A DNA stretch of 64,000 nt from Vermamoeba vermiformis. Lineage: Eukaryota. Under the pieces are notes generated by a model. The model ran no database searches and was not told the DNA's origin. It worked only from the letters and a program-made list of their open reading frames with translations. The position numbers and the translations under genes were made by a program. The stretch lies in the NCBI GenBank assembly GCA_045837725.1, contig JBEWZL010000205.1:1-64000 (forward strand), given 5' to 3'. Numbering within the stretch: the first letter of the stretch is position 1; every line of letters starts with the position of its first letter. Shown here piece by piece: positions 1-14,100 of this stretch.

Positions 1-126
1 GCGTCCAGCAATAAATGTATGAATCAACATAACTAATCTTTTGCTATATCAATTAATTGCGTATTGAATAGCAACACAAAACTCCGGGATAACGGACGTT
101 TAATCGTTCCACATCTTCAGAACTTG

Positions 127-3100
127 ATGGAACAATTACTGTAAACTGCCGAATAAGTCGAAAAAATAAAGAAATTGAAACAGTTTGGTTTATTCGTTTA
201 ACATTCGATGAAATTTGACTGACACTAAATGCTCTTCGCTTCCATTCAAGTCATTTGATATTCCACACACTTTAAAACTTTTTGCAACGATGTCGGCTGG
301 GACACGATTCCACGCAGATACTATCCAGTTGACAACAAGTTGCTTGGTGGGGCTCTGAAACACTGTTTGGTTAGCTCTCCAGCGATCATGCATAGCCCTG
401 TAATGATGCTTGAATGACTTGTTAATTGACACGTCAAGAGGCTGGACAATTGGGGAACACGGGCAGGAGGTATCAAAACAATGTTGTGTGTTAGCAACTA
501 AGGGAAGCTTTGAGGTTTGAAATAGTTTATGTTCCTTCTCCAACTCCATCCCAAACTAGCAAGTTCACATTATTCCCATTACGAAGAAGATCTCACAACT
601 TTATCAAACCACAGCCGTGTCAAAGAGTGATCGTTCCAAGCGTTTTCTTGAAAGGCAATGTGTGCCACTTTAGGGGATACTACTACACCTTTGACGCAGG
701 CAGTAGTTTTACCTTTGAATATAATCATGGGTGGTAACTTGGTGCCGTCAGCCATAACAGCTAATATCACAGTGACGCGACTGCGTGATGCCCCAGATGT
801 TTTGACAACGACCGTCTTTGATCCTCGTTTTTGAACAACCTTTCGAGCAGGAACCTCATAGTAAATGGCTACTTCATCCATATTTCCAATGAAGTTGACT
901 GGAATGCAGTGGTTTTGACGATTGGTGTTGATTGATGTCCAGAATTTGTCCAGTTCCTCGGCGAGTGCCTCGCGTGTGTACAGTTTTGAGGTTGACACAG
1001 TTGGAGTGCGTAACGAAAGGTTGTGCCTGCGAAAGAAGCCGTGCAACCATTTATCAGATGCCGCAAAATTAGGGTGGATCAACTTTGCTTTGTCTTTGAC
1101 GTTTTGCGGTGTCACTGATAGTTTGCGGTCACGACGGGCTAATATCCATGAACACAATTGAATCTCTTCAGCCTCTGTCAACAGCGGTTTGCGTCCACCA
1201 CCATGTTGACGCAGCCTTCCAAATTGCAATGTTTTTTGTCGCCAAGAATACAAAGTTGATTTTGGAATTTTGAAAAGACGCCACACCTCAGCAACTCCGA
1301 GACGTTTAATTTGATCCAAAATGTAAATAAACTGGCGACGATTTCGCTTTAATGAATTATACGAGTTAAGTCGCCGCTTAACATTAAAGGGTTGGGAGGT
1401 AACTGGTCGCGGACGCACATCAGGCTTTGAAGCTTGTTTTACTTGAAGACGATGTTTTAAGAAGTCAAATTTATCTAAATTATAGTAAGATATATGTATT
1501 ATAAGTCTCTGCCCATCGTAAGTAAGCCAATGAATGAGCCACCAGGTGACCGGTAACAAATCCATTAACAGACCACAGATGAACAAAGAGCATCAGTAAT
1601 GCATACCTGAGAATGGAACAACTGGAAAATCACAGGAATTCACTTTAGCAAGTGTTTGCTTGTGTTGTACTGGAGACTGTTGCAGTTGAGGAGGCTGATC
1701 TAGTGCCTGAATGTCAGGATCTAGTTCTGTTAGTAATTGATCAAATTCGATGGGATTTTTTTTGTTTATAGTCAATTAGACTGTGCGCATTCCAAATATG
1801 CAAACAGAATTGAATTCTGTTGCATAGTAACCCGTCGAGACCCGCGACAAGACCCGCGAAAAATTTGGTTCCTTGCAATGCTATTCAGCTCAATGAACAC
1901 AGAATTTAAAGTGTCTTATATGTCGAAGTAGGTTATTTGAGGTGTAGAATTCGAATTTGATGTCAAAATAAGGTTCTGAGCTCATGCGATCCCAGGCGTG
2001 GATTTACGATTTGGATTAAAATTTTGTACTGACTTGTACTCCACTCAAAAATTCTATCTATTGAATAGATATATATAACAATATTTTACAATACCTCTTG
2101 TGATAGTTTTGGATGCTTTGGCTGCAGGTCAATTTTGCTGGCTAGATCTAACTTGTACCTCTGCTTGCTCATCTGCAAACCATTTCCTATGGCGACCCCT
2201 TCTTCTGTCACTCCTGCGCAATGACCCAGGCTTGAGTTGCTTATAATATCTCTCTACTGTGGTCATATTGGTTCGATTGGAATAAAATTAATAAAATTAT
2301 TCACCAATGGCCTTATTTTGGAAATTTTTGAATTCAGTCTCTTTGCTACCAGTTTTATTTGCCAGAATAGCACCAAATTTTTCGCGGGTCTTGTCGCGGG
2401 TCTCGACGGGTTACTATGCAACAGAATTCAATTCTGTTTGCATATTTGGAATGCGCACAGTCTAATTGACTATAAACAAAAAAAATCCCATCGAATTTGG
2501 TCAATTACTAACAGAATTGGATTTTACAGAATTCTGGTCACAGATGGTGAACTGCAGACTAACTTTGTTCACAACTCGACTCTAGCTGCCTGGGTTAGTC
2601 AAAATCTGAGTTCTGGTCGCCTACTGAAGCTTCCTGCAAGCAGTTGGGCATTTGTAAATGTTGACGAGTAAGTGCGAACTTATTTATTGCGGCGCCGCTA
2701 ACATTGATTAGGACAAAGACACTGTGCATTACAGACACAAGCAATATTCAATATTCAGAAAAAACACCTCATGTGAAGCCCCTATACCACATTGGCTTGG
2801 GTCCTAATGTTAGCGAGTTGCCAGCGCCGCCGCCGATCAAGTCAAAAAGCGACCAAATTGTCGACTCCACTGGCACATCAGATCAAGCACCAGACAACAA
2901 CATAGGACCCGATTCAAATGCAGAATTAATCACAAGTGATGTTCCAGCAGTAGACAACCAAAGTGAGAGTGCTGATGATGAAATTGATGACTTTGTAAGT
3001 TTTCGACTAATTGCCGAACGTTTAATAACTCATTCTGTAGTATCAAACCATGAAGCAAGACAATGATAAACTCTACTCTTTCTATTACGAGAAGCATCCG

Positions 3101-5405
3101 ATCCAGTATCCAAACAATTCGCGCGGTTACTCTGCATTGCTGGTTCGAAAGTCGAAAAAGCGAGTGCGGGTTGGATATGATTATGACACCAAAGATTATG
3201 GGGTTGTCAGTGTTATTGCAGTTCTCAAAGTGCGAAATGGAAAGGCTTCTTTATTAGTTTTGGATGCCGAGGACGAAGTCCAGCGCGTGTCACCATCTTC
3301 GGTCAAAAATGAAGTTGGACAATCCAGTGCAACGGTAGTCAAGTCATCAGAGAAAAGAGTACATCAGTATTTGGAGCAATCTGAAGATACAGAGCCAATT
3401 TATTCACCGCAAACACCTCGCCAAAGAACCATTGTCACGCGCACTTCCACTTCTGCGATCAACTCGAAGCAAACTCCCAATACTAACTCCATGCAACTTG
3501 TGATATCTCGAATTGAAGCACTTGAAAAGGAAGCCAGAGAGACCAAAGAGAGCATTCAGAAGCTGTCGAAACTACTGGAGGCACAATCTGCTAATTTGGC
3601 TAAAAATTCTAACTCTGCTCCTCAATATCCTATGTTTGTTCCCTACCCTCAACTTAAAGGGTATTTTGAACCAGCCCAGCAGTCTCCCAATAATGAAAAT
3701 CGAAAACGAACACACCACTCTCGCTCTCGCTCCCGCTCACCATCTCCCAAGTCTTCGCGTCACAAACGGCACCCTCGGCAACTGAAATACTACAGTGACT
3801 CCAGATCATCTTCATCATGCTCTAGATCTGCCTCAAACTCACCTGAGAGGAGTTTCGAAAAGCACTACAAGAGGCGAAGATCCAGATCTCCAGATCGCCG
3901 ACACCGATTGACTCACCAATCCCCACGCTCGCCCACTAGGTATGATTCATATGCACACAAGAGTTATAAGAAACAAAGATTTTATTAAATAATAAACACC
4001 ATTCCAAATTGCTTCAACTTGTTTTGCTTTACGACTTATTTGGCAGTTTACAGTAGAACATGTAAAATTCGTTGTAAGTAAGCGCAATATTTTTCAAACA
4101 GGTATATTAATTATAAAATTATAGGAATGCGATTTCTTACTCGATCTACCTCCAGAATTGACGGATTTAATTTTTTCCTATTTATCCGAGTCAAAATGGA
4201 GGTTTTGCATGCGATGCGTATGCAAGCGATTGATGAATTGGATCAATATAACAGATTTTAAATTTGGATTGATTTATGGTCGCCAGATGAGCGAGATCGC
4301 GGATTCGTTTTCAAAATACACGAAGCCGTTTGGATTTAACTTTGCATGTGCCTCTATTGACACGATAAGGACACATCAATACGAACCTATCTCGAAATTA
4401 TCAAGTTTAACGTCATTGAGGATTGGACATCAAGGTCTGACAGATGGTCGTGATCCAACGTTCATTTCAGCATTAACAAACTTGGAACAATTAGAAGTTC
4501 ATATGATATCCACAAAGACCCTTAATAGATTAGCAAAATTGAAGAGTATCACCGCTGCAGTATTTACATTGAAAGATTATTATTCAGACGAAGATTCTGG
4601 AGTGGCTCCGTTAAGCTTGCCTTCTTTGGAAACTGCAAATTTCAAAGTTATTCAAGCCGAAGATACTCTTCCTATATTAAGCGATTCATATCGACTCACG
4701 AGATTGACGATAGATCGGATCACAAAGTTACCGCCAAATTATTTCGCAGCGTTATCGAGCTTACGAGTGCTGAAAATTTACGCTTGCACATCGGCTGCAA
4801 ATGACGGACATTATTCAATGTTAGCTCATATTGATGCACCATTGCCTAATTTGGAATCCTTGCACACTAATACTGAAATCTCGTTTTTCGAAAATATGGT
4901 GCAAAACTTGACTTGTTTGTATCTCAGCTGCTATTCAACACAAAAGTCAAACATTAGCGATATAGAACAATTAACAAACTTGCAAAAGTTGACGCTATTT
5001 GGGCTTAATGAAGGCCATCAAAGTCTGGATCTGAGGCGATTGCAACAGCTGTCATCATTAGTATTATCAAGCGCAACAGTAACTTCGTATTCATATGATA
5101 CACTCCTTGACAATATTAACACTCACGCATTGCAACAATTAACGATTTCTTCAATGGAGCACAAACAATCTCTCAGCCTAATTTCCAAATTAAGTAACTT
5201 GACAGATTTGGACTTGTCGTTTCCTTACATAGGAGTCAATAATCCGACAGCTATCGATGATATTGAGCCAATATTGTTAGCTCTGAAGAATTTGACGAGA
5301 TTTCAGGTCTACGGCAACTGCACTCCTTTGATAGTCAACGATTTGGCCAAGTTGAAGACCTTCAAAAATTTAAACTTACTTGGCCCGGTAATAGACCGAA
5401 AGTAA
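127..5405 (+). CDS. F-box/LRR protein whose exon 1 is interrupted by the pogo element (main exon 4125-5405)
   Basis: The reconstructed empty site reads ATG GAA CAA TTA GAA CAT GTA AAA TTC GTT, then intron 4074-4124, then ECDFLLDLPPELTDLIFSYL (F-box) and LxxLxxLxL repeats. Confidence 0.8.
190..1775 (-). pseudogene. pogo-family transposase (CENP-B-type HTH + DDE_1), frameshifted near 460-620
   Basis: Motifs: IPKSTLYSW, GGGRKP, ASDKWLHGFFRRH, GNMDE, RVTVILAVMADGTKLPPMIIFKG, LLVWD (shifted frame), QPLDVSINKSFK, SFKVCGI. Probable intron ~1477-1607. The 5' end is approximate. Confidence 0.88.
1725..2516. repeat. internal 145-bp inverted repeat (1725-1869 and 2372-2516) flanking a ~500-bp spacer
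   Basis: The two copies are reverse complements with one mismatch seen (TTTGATCAA vs TTTGGTCAA). Confidence 0.95.
2500..3988 (+). CDS. transposon-borne protein of unknown function, with coiled coil and Arg/Ser-rich C-terminus
   Basis: ORFs 2237-2671, 2704-3066 and 3050-3988 appear joined by GTAAGT..AG introns at ~2668-2710 and ~2995-3040. Coiled coil ISRIEALEKEARETKESIQKLSKLLE; RSRSRSPSP tail. Start codon uncertain. Confidence 0.7.
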
Positions 5406-5489
5406 TGTAATGCCCATAGTGTCATAATAAAACATTTTTAACGGTAATAAAAACAAGGAATGAATTCGACCAGATCCAGCTCAACGGTT

Positions 5490-8400
5490 TTACTCGTCAT
5501 CAGCCTGATCATCACCGTTGCCAAGACCAGTGGGACGAGGTCGTCGTGTGGGAGGTCGTCGTCTCTTTTGAATTCTAGCGCGCTCCATGGTCGGATGAGA
5601 TAATTCAGGGGACTTAACTTCGGGCAAAGTGTTCAAGTTGGCTGGCGGCAAAGTCGTGTCAATGGTCACTGTTTCACGACGCGGTGCCGCTGCAGGAGCC
5701 TTCTTGGTCTTGGACGACGAGCTTGACTTCTTGTCTGGCTTCTTGTCGTCTTTTTTCTTGTCGTCGGGCTTTTTCTGTGTGAAGATGTTTAGCAAAAGGT
5801 TTCACAAACAATGAGAGTTTTTGTTGCACGGGATTATCTAGTTACCTTGTCTTCAGGCTTCGGTGAAGGGGTCGGATTAGCGGTCGGAGAAGGAGGTGCT
5901 TGGCCTTGTGGTGGCGGGGCATTCGATGGAGCACCTACGCGTGGTGGTGGGAATCCCATCTTTGGTGGCATCAAACCAGGCATGACAGCGATCTTCTTGA
6001 TGCCTCCTGGTGCAGGGCCAGCGCCAGTGGGTGAAGGACCAGGACCTCCAGGGCTAGACGGACCTGGGCCTCCGGGGTTGGGACCTGGGGCTGCACCTGG
6101 ACCTCCTGGAACTACACCACGTTAGTTCCACGACACAACAAGACTCTTGCAGTTTGACTTACCCTTGGGCGGCATCTTTCTCGGAGCGACCTTTGGCGGG
6201 ACTTTAGGAGGCACAGCAGGGCCGGAGCCAGTGTTAGCGGCAGGCTTGTTCTCGCCTTCAGTGTCAAAACTGCCCGAAGTATTGCCCGCAGCCTTGGCGA
6301 TGTTGGCCACCAAGTTCATGGCACCAACACCAGGAGCCCAGTTCGGTGTGGCTGCTGGTTTTTCTTCAATAGACACAGGTCTTGGCGACGGAACTGGCGG
6401 CTTTTCGTCTCTCGGTGTGGGTGTTGTTGGCTCCACGTGACTGGTCGTGGTTGAAGTAGTGTTGGACTCGGACGAGTCTTCGTCTTCAGTCACGGTTGAC
6501 TCGCGTTTGGAACCCGAGGTAATCTCGTCGATAATGTTCTCGAGCGAGTCCATTGTCTTCTCGAACAAGTAGTCCGCAGCAATATCAACGGCATCGCCGA
6601 AACATTCGTCGGATTTGTTACCAATCTCACCTCCTGCAGCACGCACGAGAATGTCTTCGAACATCTGCAAAGCATCGTGAGTAAATGTCATGAAATTTCA
6701 GGGCTATTCCTTACTTGGTTGTCAATTTCTTTGGAACCAAAGTTGATGTTCGTGCGCAAGCGCTTAATAGTGTCGTCATCAAGGGAGGGTTGTTTCTCTT
6801 TGACAATCTCAGCCAATTTGCTCTTCAAGTTTGAATAGTGATTGGCGACAATAGGCTCCACATCTAATCAACGATATTAAAAATTTCCTTATATAGTTAT
6901 GTTCTAGCCAACGTTGCAATAGTAAAATATGAATATATGAGGTTCTTAGTGGTCTAGCGATCAATAAGTCGTTGATGCAGTCCGTGGATTCCTCAACAAT
7001 ATTTTTCTTAGAAAATAGTTTCTAGACGTACCTTTCACCATGCTCTTCAATTTTTGAGTCAATTCAGTGCCCAATATTTCAAAGGCCTCGGCCTTGGCTG
7101 CGTGCAATGCAGCTACGACACTTTCGTAGTTGGATGCGTCTTTCATCATGACGAGGTCTTCGAGCTTGGCTTTGCCCGTTGCTTTAATCTTCATGACGTA
7201 CTTTTCGATTTCTTCACGTTGAGAAGCGCTCTGTGCGGGTATTTCCAAATTAGGAAATGCGAGGGGAAAAATTACACGTGACTTACGTAGAATTGGAATT
7301 GACTGCCGAGAGAAGCTTCAGTCTTTTGCGTGAATTTACTCTTCGGCAAGTGATTGCTAATAATAAGCTGTTCAATTTCGCCGATGACTTTTGTAATCTT
7401 TCGCTTTTCAGTCTCTTCTTTGGCTTGGTTCAACGCATTGTTCATGTCCAGAATAGGCAATGGAGCCTGTTTCAATGTATGATTTCTCTCCAAGCCGAGT
7501 CTATATACACATAGTTAGTATCTATATAGTTATAACATGTTGCTCAACCGAAAAAAACTCGTCGGATCTGACCGGGTCACGCGAGCAAAAAAAAACAATA
7601 TCTCGAAGCATTAACGCGCTAAGAAAGCAATTATCAGTGTATATTACCTGAAATTTCTGAAGCCTTGCAAAGTAGTGCCGTTCTCGTCCCAATGCAAAGT
7701 TGTCAACGTGGTGTTGGTCTGCAGGGCTTTAGACAAGGCCATAGCACCACGGTTACCGAGATTGTTGCCAGTAATGTCTAAGTTTAAGATGCTATCATTG
7801 GTACCAATAGCGTCGATGAGGGGAATCAAATCAGGGCCAGCCTGCAGAAAATAAAGTCAGATTTCCTTATTTGGTAAAGCACGATCCGATCCGTTTAGGT
7901 TAACACTAGCGTTATTAATAGTACTGGTAGTATGATCTCAGTATTACTTACGTGGAAGCCACGACCACCAGCAATATGTAAGCTATCAATAGGGCATTGA
8001 GAAGAGATCAAGCGAATGATGCTCTCGATGGCTTGAGATCTAGCCTTGGTGCCTTTCTCTTTGAAATTTCTGTTCAAAATCAGTGTCTTCAAGGCAGGCG
8101 CGTGACACAATCCTTCGGCCAAGACATTGATGCCCTAAATACCAAAGATTAGATACCGATATTACTCGGTCACAAAACGGATCTTACTTCATCTCCGAAA
8201 TCGTTCTCGCTCAAGTCTAAAGTGACTAAATTTGCAGACTCGGCGGCTAGAGCAATAAGAGCACGTGCTCCTTCAATGCCCAAGTCATTGTTAGCCAAAT
8301 TCAAGTCGAAATTTTGCAAGTAGACGTTGCTGAATAAAGTCCTAAAAATGACATTAGATATTGCCTTTTATGGTTATAAATATACTGCACGTACTTCATG

Positions 8401-10798
8401 AACTCGCGCAATCCATCGAGAGGTACTTTACAACCAGCCAAATTGAGCTTGTTCAAACCACCACCGGATGTGATCAGCTTTGTCAATGCACTCAAATCCT
8501 TCTTGACTGTATCCATTAAACATAGATTAGTTATTATGCCTGACATGCTTTATACGAAGATTTGGTATTAAAGAATCAAAATCGTAAAAAAAGATTTATC
8601 GATGCATCCAAAATGATAATTGAAAATTCGTCTTACCCATCTTGTTATCAGAAATATCCAATTCTTTCAATTCATAAGCGCAACCACGATGAATAGCACC
8701 GATCATAACGTCCAAAGAAGGACTAGTGTTCTTCATGTAGAATTTCGCCAACGGATTTGGATTCGCCAAGTACGAAATCATAGAGTTAGTACCGTCATTT
8801 TCTAATTTGTTGCCCGAGATATTCAGCGTAGTCAATGTGCTCGCCATGTGCACGTTCTTTTTCAGCGCATTGCCAAAGGCTTGCATGCCTTGTTTCTTGG
8901 CACCACAATCAGCAATGTTAATCGAACTCAAACCATGATCTAAAACGCATAATAATATTAGAGTACTGTATATAATACTAGGGTATTGAATGCATATTAA
9001 ATTAGGCTAATTTGAGATTTTTTCGGATTCGATCGAACTTACTCAAAGCAGCGATCCAAGAGCTGACTGAGGTTAGACCTTTATCGTCAAGCATATTATT
9101 GCTAAAGTCGATGGTAGTAATAGCAGTGCCCTTATTGGCTGTCAGGGCAGTAGCCAAATCGGTGAAATTGTCTTTGGTGCCGTTAACTCCGACCAAAGTC
9201 AAACTTTCAATCTTCTTGTTCTCTTTAAAGCAATCGACAATAGGCTGGAACTGATCCTTCTCTAATTTGTAACCTCTATAATATTATAAATTAGAATTGC
9301 AAATGGAATTGAAATCAGATCCCTAAAAAAATCTGAAAAAAATGCCAAAAAATTCAAATAAATACGAAACGGATATTTTATGGCTATATATACGTACCTA
9401 AGCACGAAATCAGTGAAGAAATTGTTTGTTTTGAGAGCCCAGCAAAGAGCACGGATGTCGCTCGTGGCCAACGGCAATTCGAACTCTTTCAAGTTAAACG
9501 TCTTGATTTTAGTAGCAGGGAACAAATTTTCAATATCCCATGCTATGTCTTGACGAGCAGGAGTCCCAAAGTAATCGCAGAAAGCCAAGTATGCATTAGC
9601 CAAATTTCCGCAAGGTCGATCTGATTACGAGAGTAAATTAAATTAGCAAATATTATAAAGCGATTTAATATGCATTAATAAGACGATCAATAGCAAATTT
9701 ACGCGATTTAAAGCGTATCTTAAACAAATCGAGTAAAATATCAATTTCGATTAGAAATTTCAAACGAGTAAGCTCGAAATTGAACGTGCTAATGGCTGTT
9801 CGATCGAGTAACTCATATATAATATAGATATTAATATAATATTGAATTATATTGAGAGAATCTTTTTTGTTGTAAACTTCGGCAATTCAAACTGCGGTCG
9901 TCTTTGCCTTGAATTTGATGGAATTTCGTGCAATAAAATCATATATGATACGCCGTTTCTTAATGTTGATATATTCTCGAGATTCGTACCTGCTGGATCA
10001 AGATCGCGAAGTCTGACAGATTGAAAAAAGCGGATTAGATTTTTTGCATTGCCCGCAGTATTAATTATAAAATTACCTTGATGATGGTGCTACATCCCAG
10101 GATATAGGAGTCTCTTCAGGAGTTCCATTCGGAAAACATGCGTGGATGTTGTTTCGGATGCAGGTAATAATCTCGTCCACTTTAGGTGATTTAATTGTGG
10201 CCGAAAATGATTTGCAATCGAATATAACCTATCAATGAATTTAATATTAATATAGTTGGTCTTTAATATTCATTTTCAACGGTCCTGAGACAATTGTGTC
10301 CCAATTCAGCAATTGATATTACGAGCGGATGCCGTAATTTTGGATGTTACGACATCGGATGCACGTGTATAATCATCATTTCATATTGTATTATTACCTC
10401 TGAATTATTTGGAGAGCGGATCTTGCCTAAGGCTAAAAAGTTTACATCACCGCCAGCCTAAATTAAAATTAAAATACAGTCAATGCTGTAATAAATAATA
10501 TAATCAATAATATATCGATTACTAACCTCAACTTTCTTCTTAGCGACCTTGAGTAAATATAATCTGTAATTTCCAATGCATAATATTTTTTTCTCGCTTC
10601 CTTTCTTTGCAACTACATCGACTAAGCCCATAAAGGAGAATTTATCGCCTTTTGAGTGCGCAAAAGCTTGAACCAGCTCTAGATTAATTATGAAAGTTAA
10701 AGAAATTATTGACGGATGACAAACTCGATCTAAAATAAGGAATTCGAGAGATTGATTAGGATACGTTGATCTTCTGATGAGAAAGTATCTTCAGCCAT
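5490..10798 (-). CDS. carmil: CARMIL (capping protein/Arp2/3/myosin-I linker), multi-exon
   Basis: Long RI-type LRR array (LNLDITGNNLGNRGAMALSKALQTNTTLTTLHWDEN), Pro-rich region and C-terminal CPI motif LSHPTMERARIQKRRRPP. Start MAEDTFSSEDQ at 10798. Confidence 0.9.
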
Positions 10799-11124
10799 GG
10801 TTTGGCGTGTTGTGCTTTACAGATCGAGTGCGTGTAAAAATAAAAAATATCGACCTGAAATTCCAATACGGTCAGTGCACAACAAAAATCAATTTTGACC
10901 GTTATTCTATTAAACCTTTTTATTTGTATTATATACAGCGGTCTAACCAGAAAGTTGACGTTAAACTTGCGGCGGATCAAGCCAACAAAATCGGAACGTC
11001 AACTCATTTCTTCAACACGTGGCTCGTTCTAAGAAGAGATATTCTTGTCCCATTCTCTGCTTCGTTAAAAAATTAATTTGACGAATAATTGTGGAAATAG
11101 AACAGGTCTAGCAATTTTTTGGGG

Positions 11125-14100
11125 ATGAGTAAGCCAGATCTCGAGCCGTTACCAATTAATTTCTAAATTAATAATTATTCTTTAATGCAATAGGCGCAGA
11201 GGATAAATTTTTGCACCCTTTATTAACAGCAGCTGCTGAGGGTAATGTTGAAAAAGTCAAAGAGTTGTTTGAAACAGACGCCGAGCTGGATGTGAACTAC
11301 AGAGACCCTGAAAACAATTACTCGGCATTTTTAATATGTAAGTTAATAATTATTACACGATTAAAATCTTTCTAGCGAACTTTTCTGATCGGATCTCAAT
11401 TTTACGACAGCTGTGTGGAAGAGAAACTCGCTTCCAATGCTTGAATTTTTAAAGTCAAAAGGCGCTGATTTACGAGCACGAAATAAGGTAATTATATGAC
11501 AATTATCAATCTGCAATTCTTTTTCAAATTCTACGGATTCTAATTGTGGCTGGATGTAGCGTGCTTTAATTGAGAACTGATTATTTTTGACTTGATTATC
11601 TTGATTGCAGTCAATATATTAATCCTTGCGTACAGTGGGGTGAAAGCGCACTTCACTTAGCATGTTATGGCGAAGAAATGGAGATCTTCAAGTGGCTCTT
11701 AGAAATGAAAGATGAGAACGGCGAATATGTCTATTCAGTCGAGCTCAAGACTGAGGATCAGCAAAAGACGCCTATTCACTATTGCTATTACCTCCCTAAG
11801 ATTGAATTATTGCTCGCCAGGTAAAAGATCTAACTTTCAAATATTTCTAAACGTTTAATTATTATTTAAATAGTTATTCAATACCATGATGATATTTATT
11901 AATATTTTATTGCATTTAGGGGTGCAGATATCAATAGTGTGTCAGTTAAGCACGAAACTCCGTTGCAATTACGATGCGACAATGGCGTCTCTCAATTAAA
12001 CTTGGTTAGGTAAAAAATTGTACATAATGTATGATTTTACATTAATATGTCGATAATAGATCAATGATCCAACGCGGAGCAGATCCAAATATTGAAGACA
12101 TGTACGGTCACACGCCGTTATTTTCAGCTGCTAGGAATAATGCCGTCGAATGCATGAAAATTCTCGTGGAGGTAAACTAATATCATATAATATTTAATTT
12201 ATGGACTTAGGTCAAGATAACTTCAAATTCTAATACTTTTCTTGATCTGCAGGAAGGCAATGCGAATGTTTCTCATACTGATAAAAAGGGTCGTAGTGCA
12301 GTAGACGAGGCAGATAGATATCATATGAACGATGCTGCGGTCTGGTTATGGTTGGCTGGCGCATCCACAAAAAATCTTAAAAGAGCTGAAAGTACGTGTT
12401 ACTACCACTTCAATGATCGATCTAATGCTTTGTATTCTAGAATTCAACCACTGTAGTTGGATTAGACCTTACGTAATCAATTCTCCAACGGCTAGACATT
12501 CAGCCAAATCATTTGTGTAAGCAGATCTGATCCATAATATTTCTTAGAATAATGCGTATTAATTGTTATTAGGTTTGATGACAAGATGTACGTGTTTGGA
12601 GGCCGAGGATATGCTAAAGGAATAATTAACGATTTGCCGGACGCTAAAAATACAAAATTAAATATGATTACTTTGCAAGACATTATGGTTTCAGATCTGA
12701 GTACGTAAACTTTGCAAAAAATACTTGCAAAGTATTCTAATACCTATTTTAGGTCAAATGGAGACCGGCATGATCATTCCAGCTGATGAAATTTCGTTCA
12801 AAACGACAAACAAATTGAACGAAAAGCGATGCGGTGCAGCTGCAAAAATTATCGGCGAAGATATGTTGACAGTAGAGGGAATTACTCCACCGAATGCTAC
12901 AGACGATGATAATGTCGCGTGCGTGCAAGCAGTTGAGCCGTTCACTCCTGAAGACAAATATGGTTATTTTGAAATAACCGTGTTGGAGACCTGCACTGAC
13001 GGACAGTACGTAACAATCACCTATAATATTACCAAATATAGTATTTAAGAATTCTTTGCATAGATTTATCGGTGTCGGTTTGGCCGAAGGAGATTACGAT
13101 CTAACTGATATGCCGGGCTGGTACGCTGGGTAGGAATTGAATTAATTAATTATATGTATTAATACTAATATGTAATGCTATTTTTAGATCATACGGCTAT
13201 CACTCTGACGATGGTCGTGCATTCCATGCATTTTCATCGCAAGGCATTCAATGGGGTCCTCAGTAAGTTTTCTAATGATTATTTCCTAATTTAGAAATAA
13301 TATTAATTAAAATCATTTATTTCCAGGTATGGCACTAAAGGCAACATCGTTGGCTGCGGAATTAATTTTGAGACTCGCGAAGTATTTTTTACGCTCAACG
13401 GAGAATTTTTAGGTAAATACCCAATGGCTTCTATTTAAGAATATTACTAAATAAGTTCATATCCATATTAGGCGTGGCTTATAAGGCTGTTCCATTGTCG
13501 TCCTATTACCCTTCAGTCGGTGTCGGCAGCAAACCTGGCGTTAAAGTTTCGTTCAATTTTGGCGCGCAACCGTTTAAATTCAACTTTGAAGTTCGTAAGT
13601 AGCATAAAATTAAGAAAATAATAATAATAGTACCAATATGGTCATAATAACAAATTTTTATTACTAGATTTATGTCGATCATCTGATTTTAAATTTTATA
13701 TTAATTATTGTACTTAATAGGTAAGATGAAGTTCGAGGATATTTCTGTCGTCAACGAACTGCCTAACACGTTCTACTTCGATCAAATTCTGCCGGTGAAT
13801 GTACCAGCCACTATCAACGAGCGACCGGCCATTGAACTGATTCAAGTGCTTGATACGAGCTCGTTGATGCAATGTTTTAGTTTAGGTAAGGGCATTCATT
13901 CCGTACATACCCCACTTAGCAAATAGATCAAAATTTTGAAAATGGATCTGAAAAATGCGAACTCTCGACTCGATTATTATAATGTTGTGTTTGGGTATTA
14001 TCATTAATCACGTTTATTTAGTCCGCTTTACGGATGACAACACCCATGAATGGCTTCACTCCAAAACAGCGCGCATTGGCGTGTGGAGAATCGACCGACC

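Larger units (their letters stand above)
139..4053. mobile_element. pogo-like (Tc1/mariner superfamily) DNA transposon, ~3.9 kb, with transposase plus a second gene
   Basis: Left TIR CTGTAAACTGCCGAATAAGTCG (139-160) and right TIR CGACTTATTTGGCAGTTTACAG (4032-4053) match with 1 mismatch. TA lies immediately outside both ends (137-138, 4054-4055). A DDE transposase lies inside. Confidence 0.93.
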
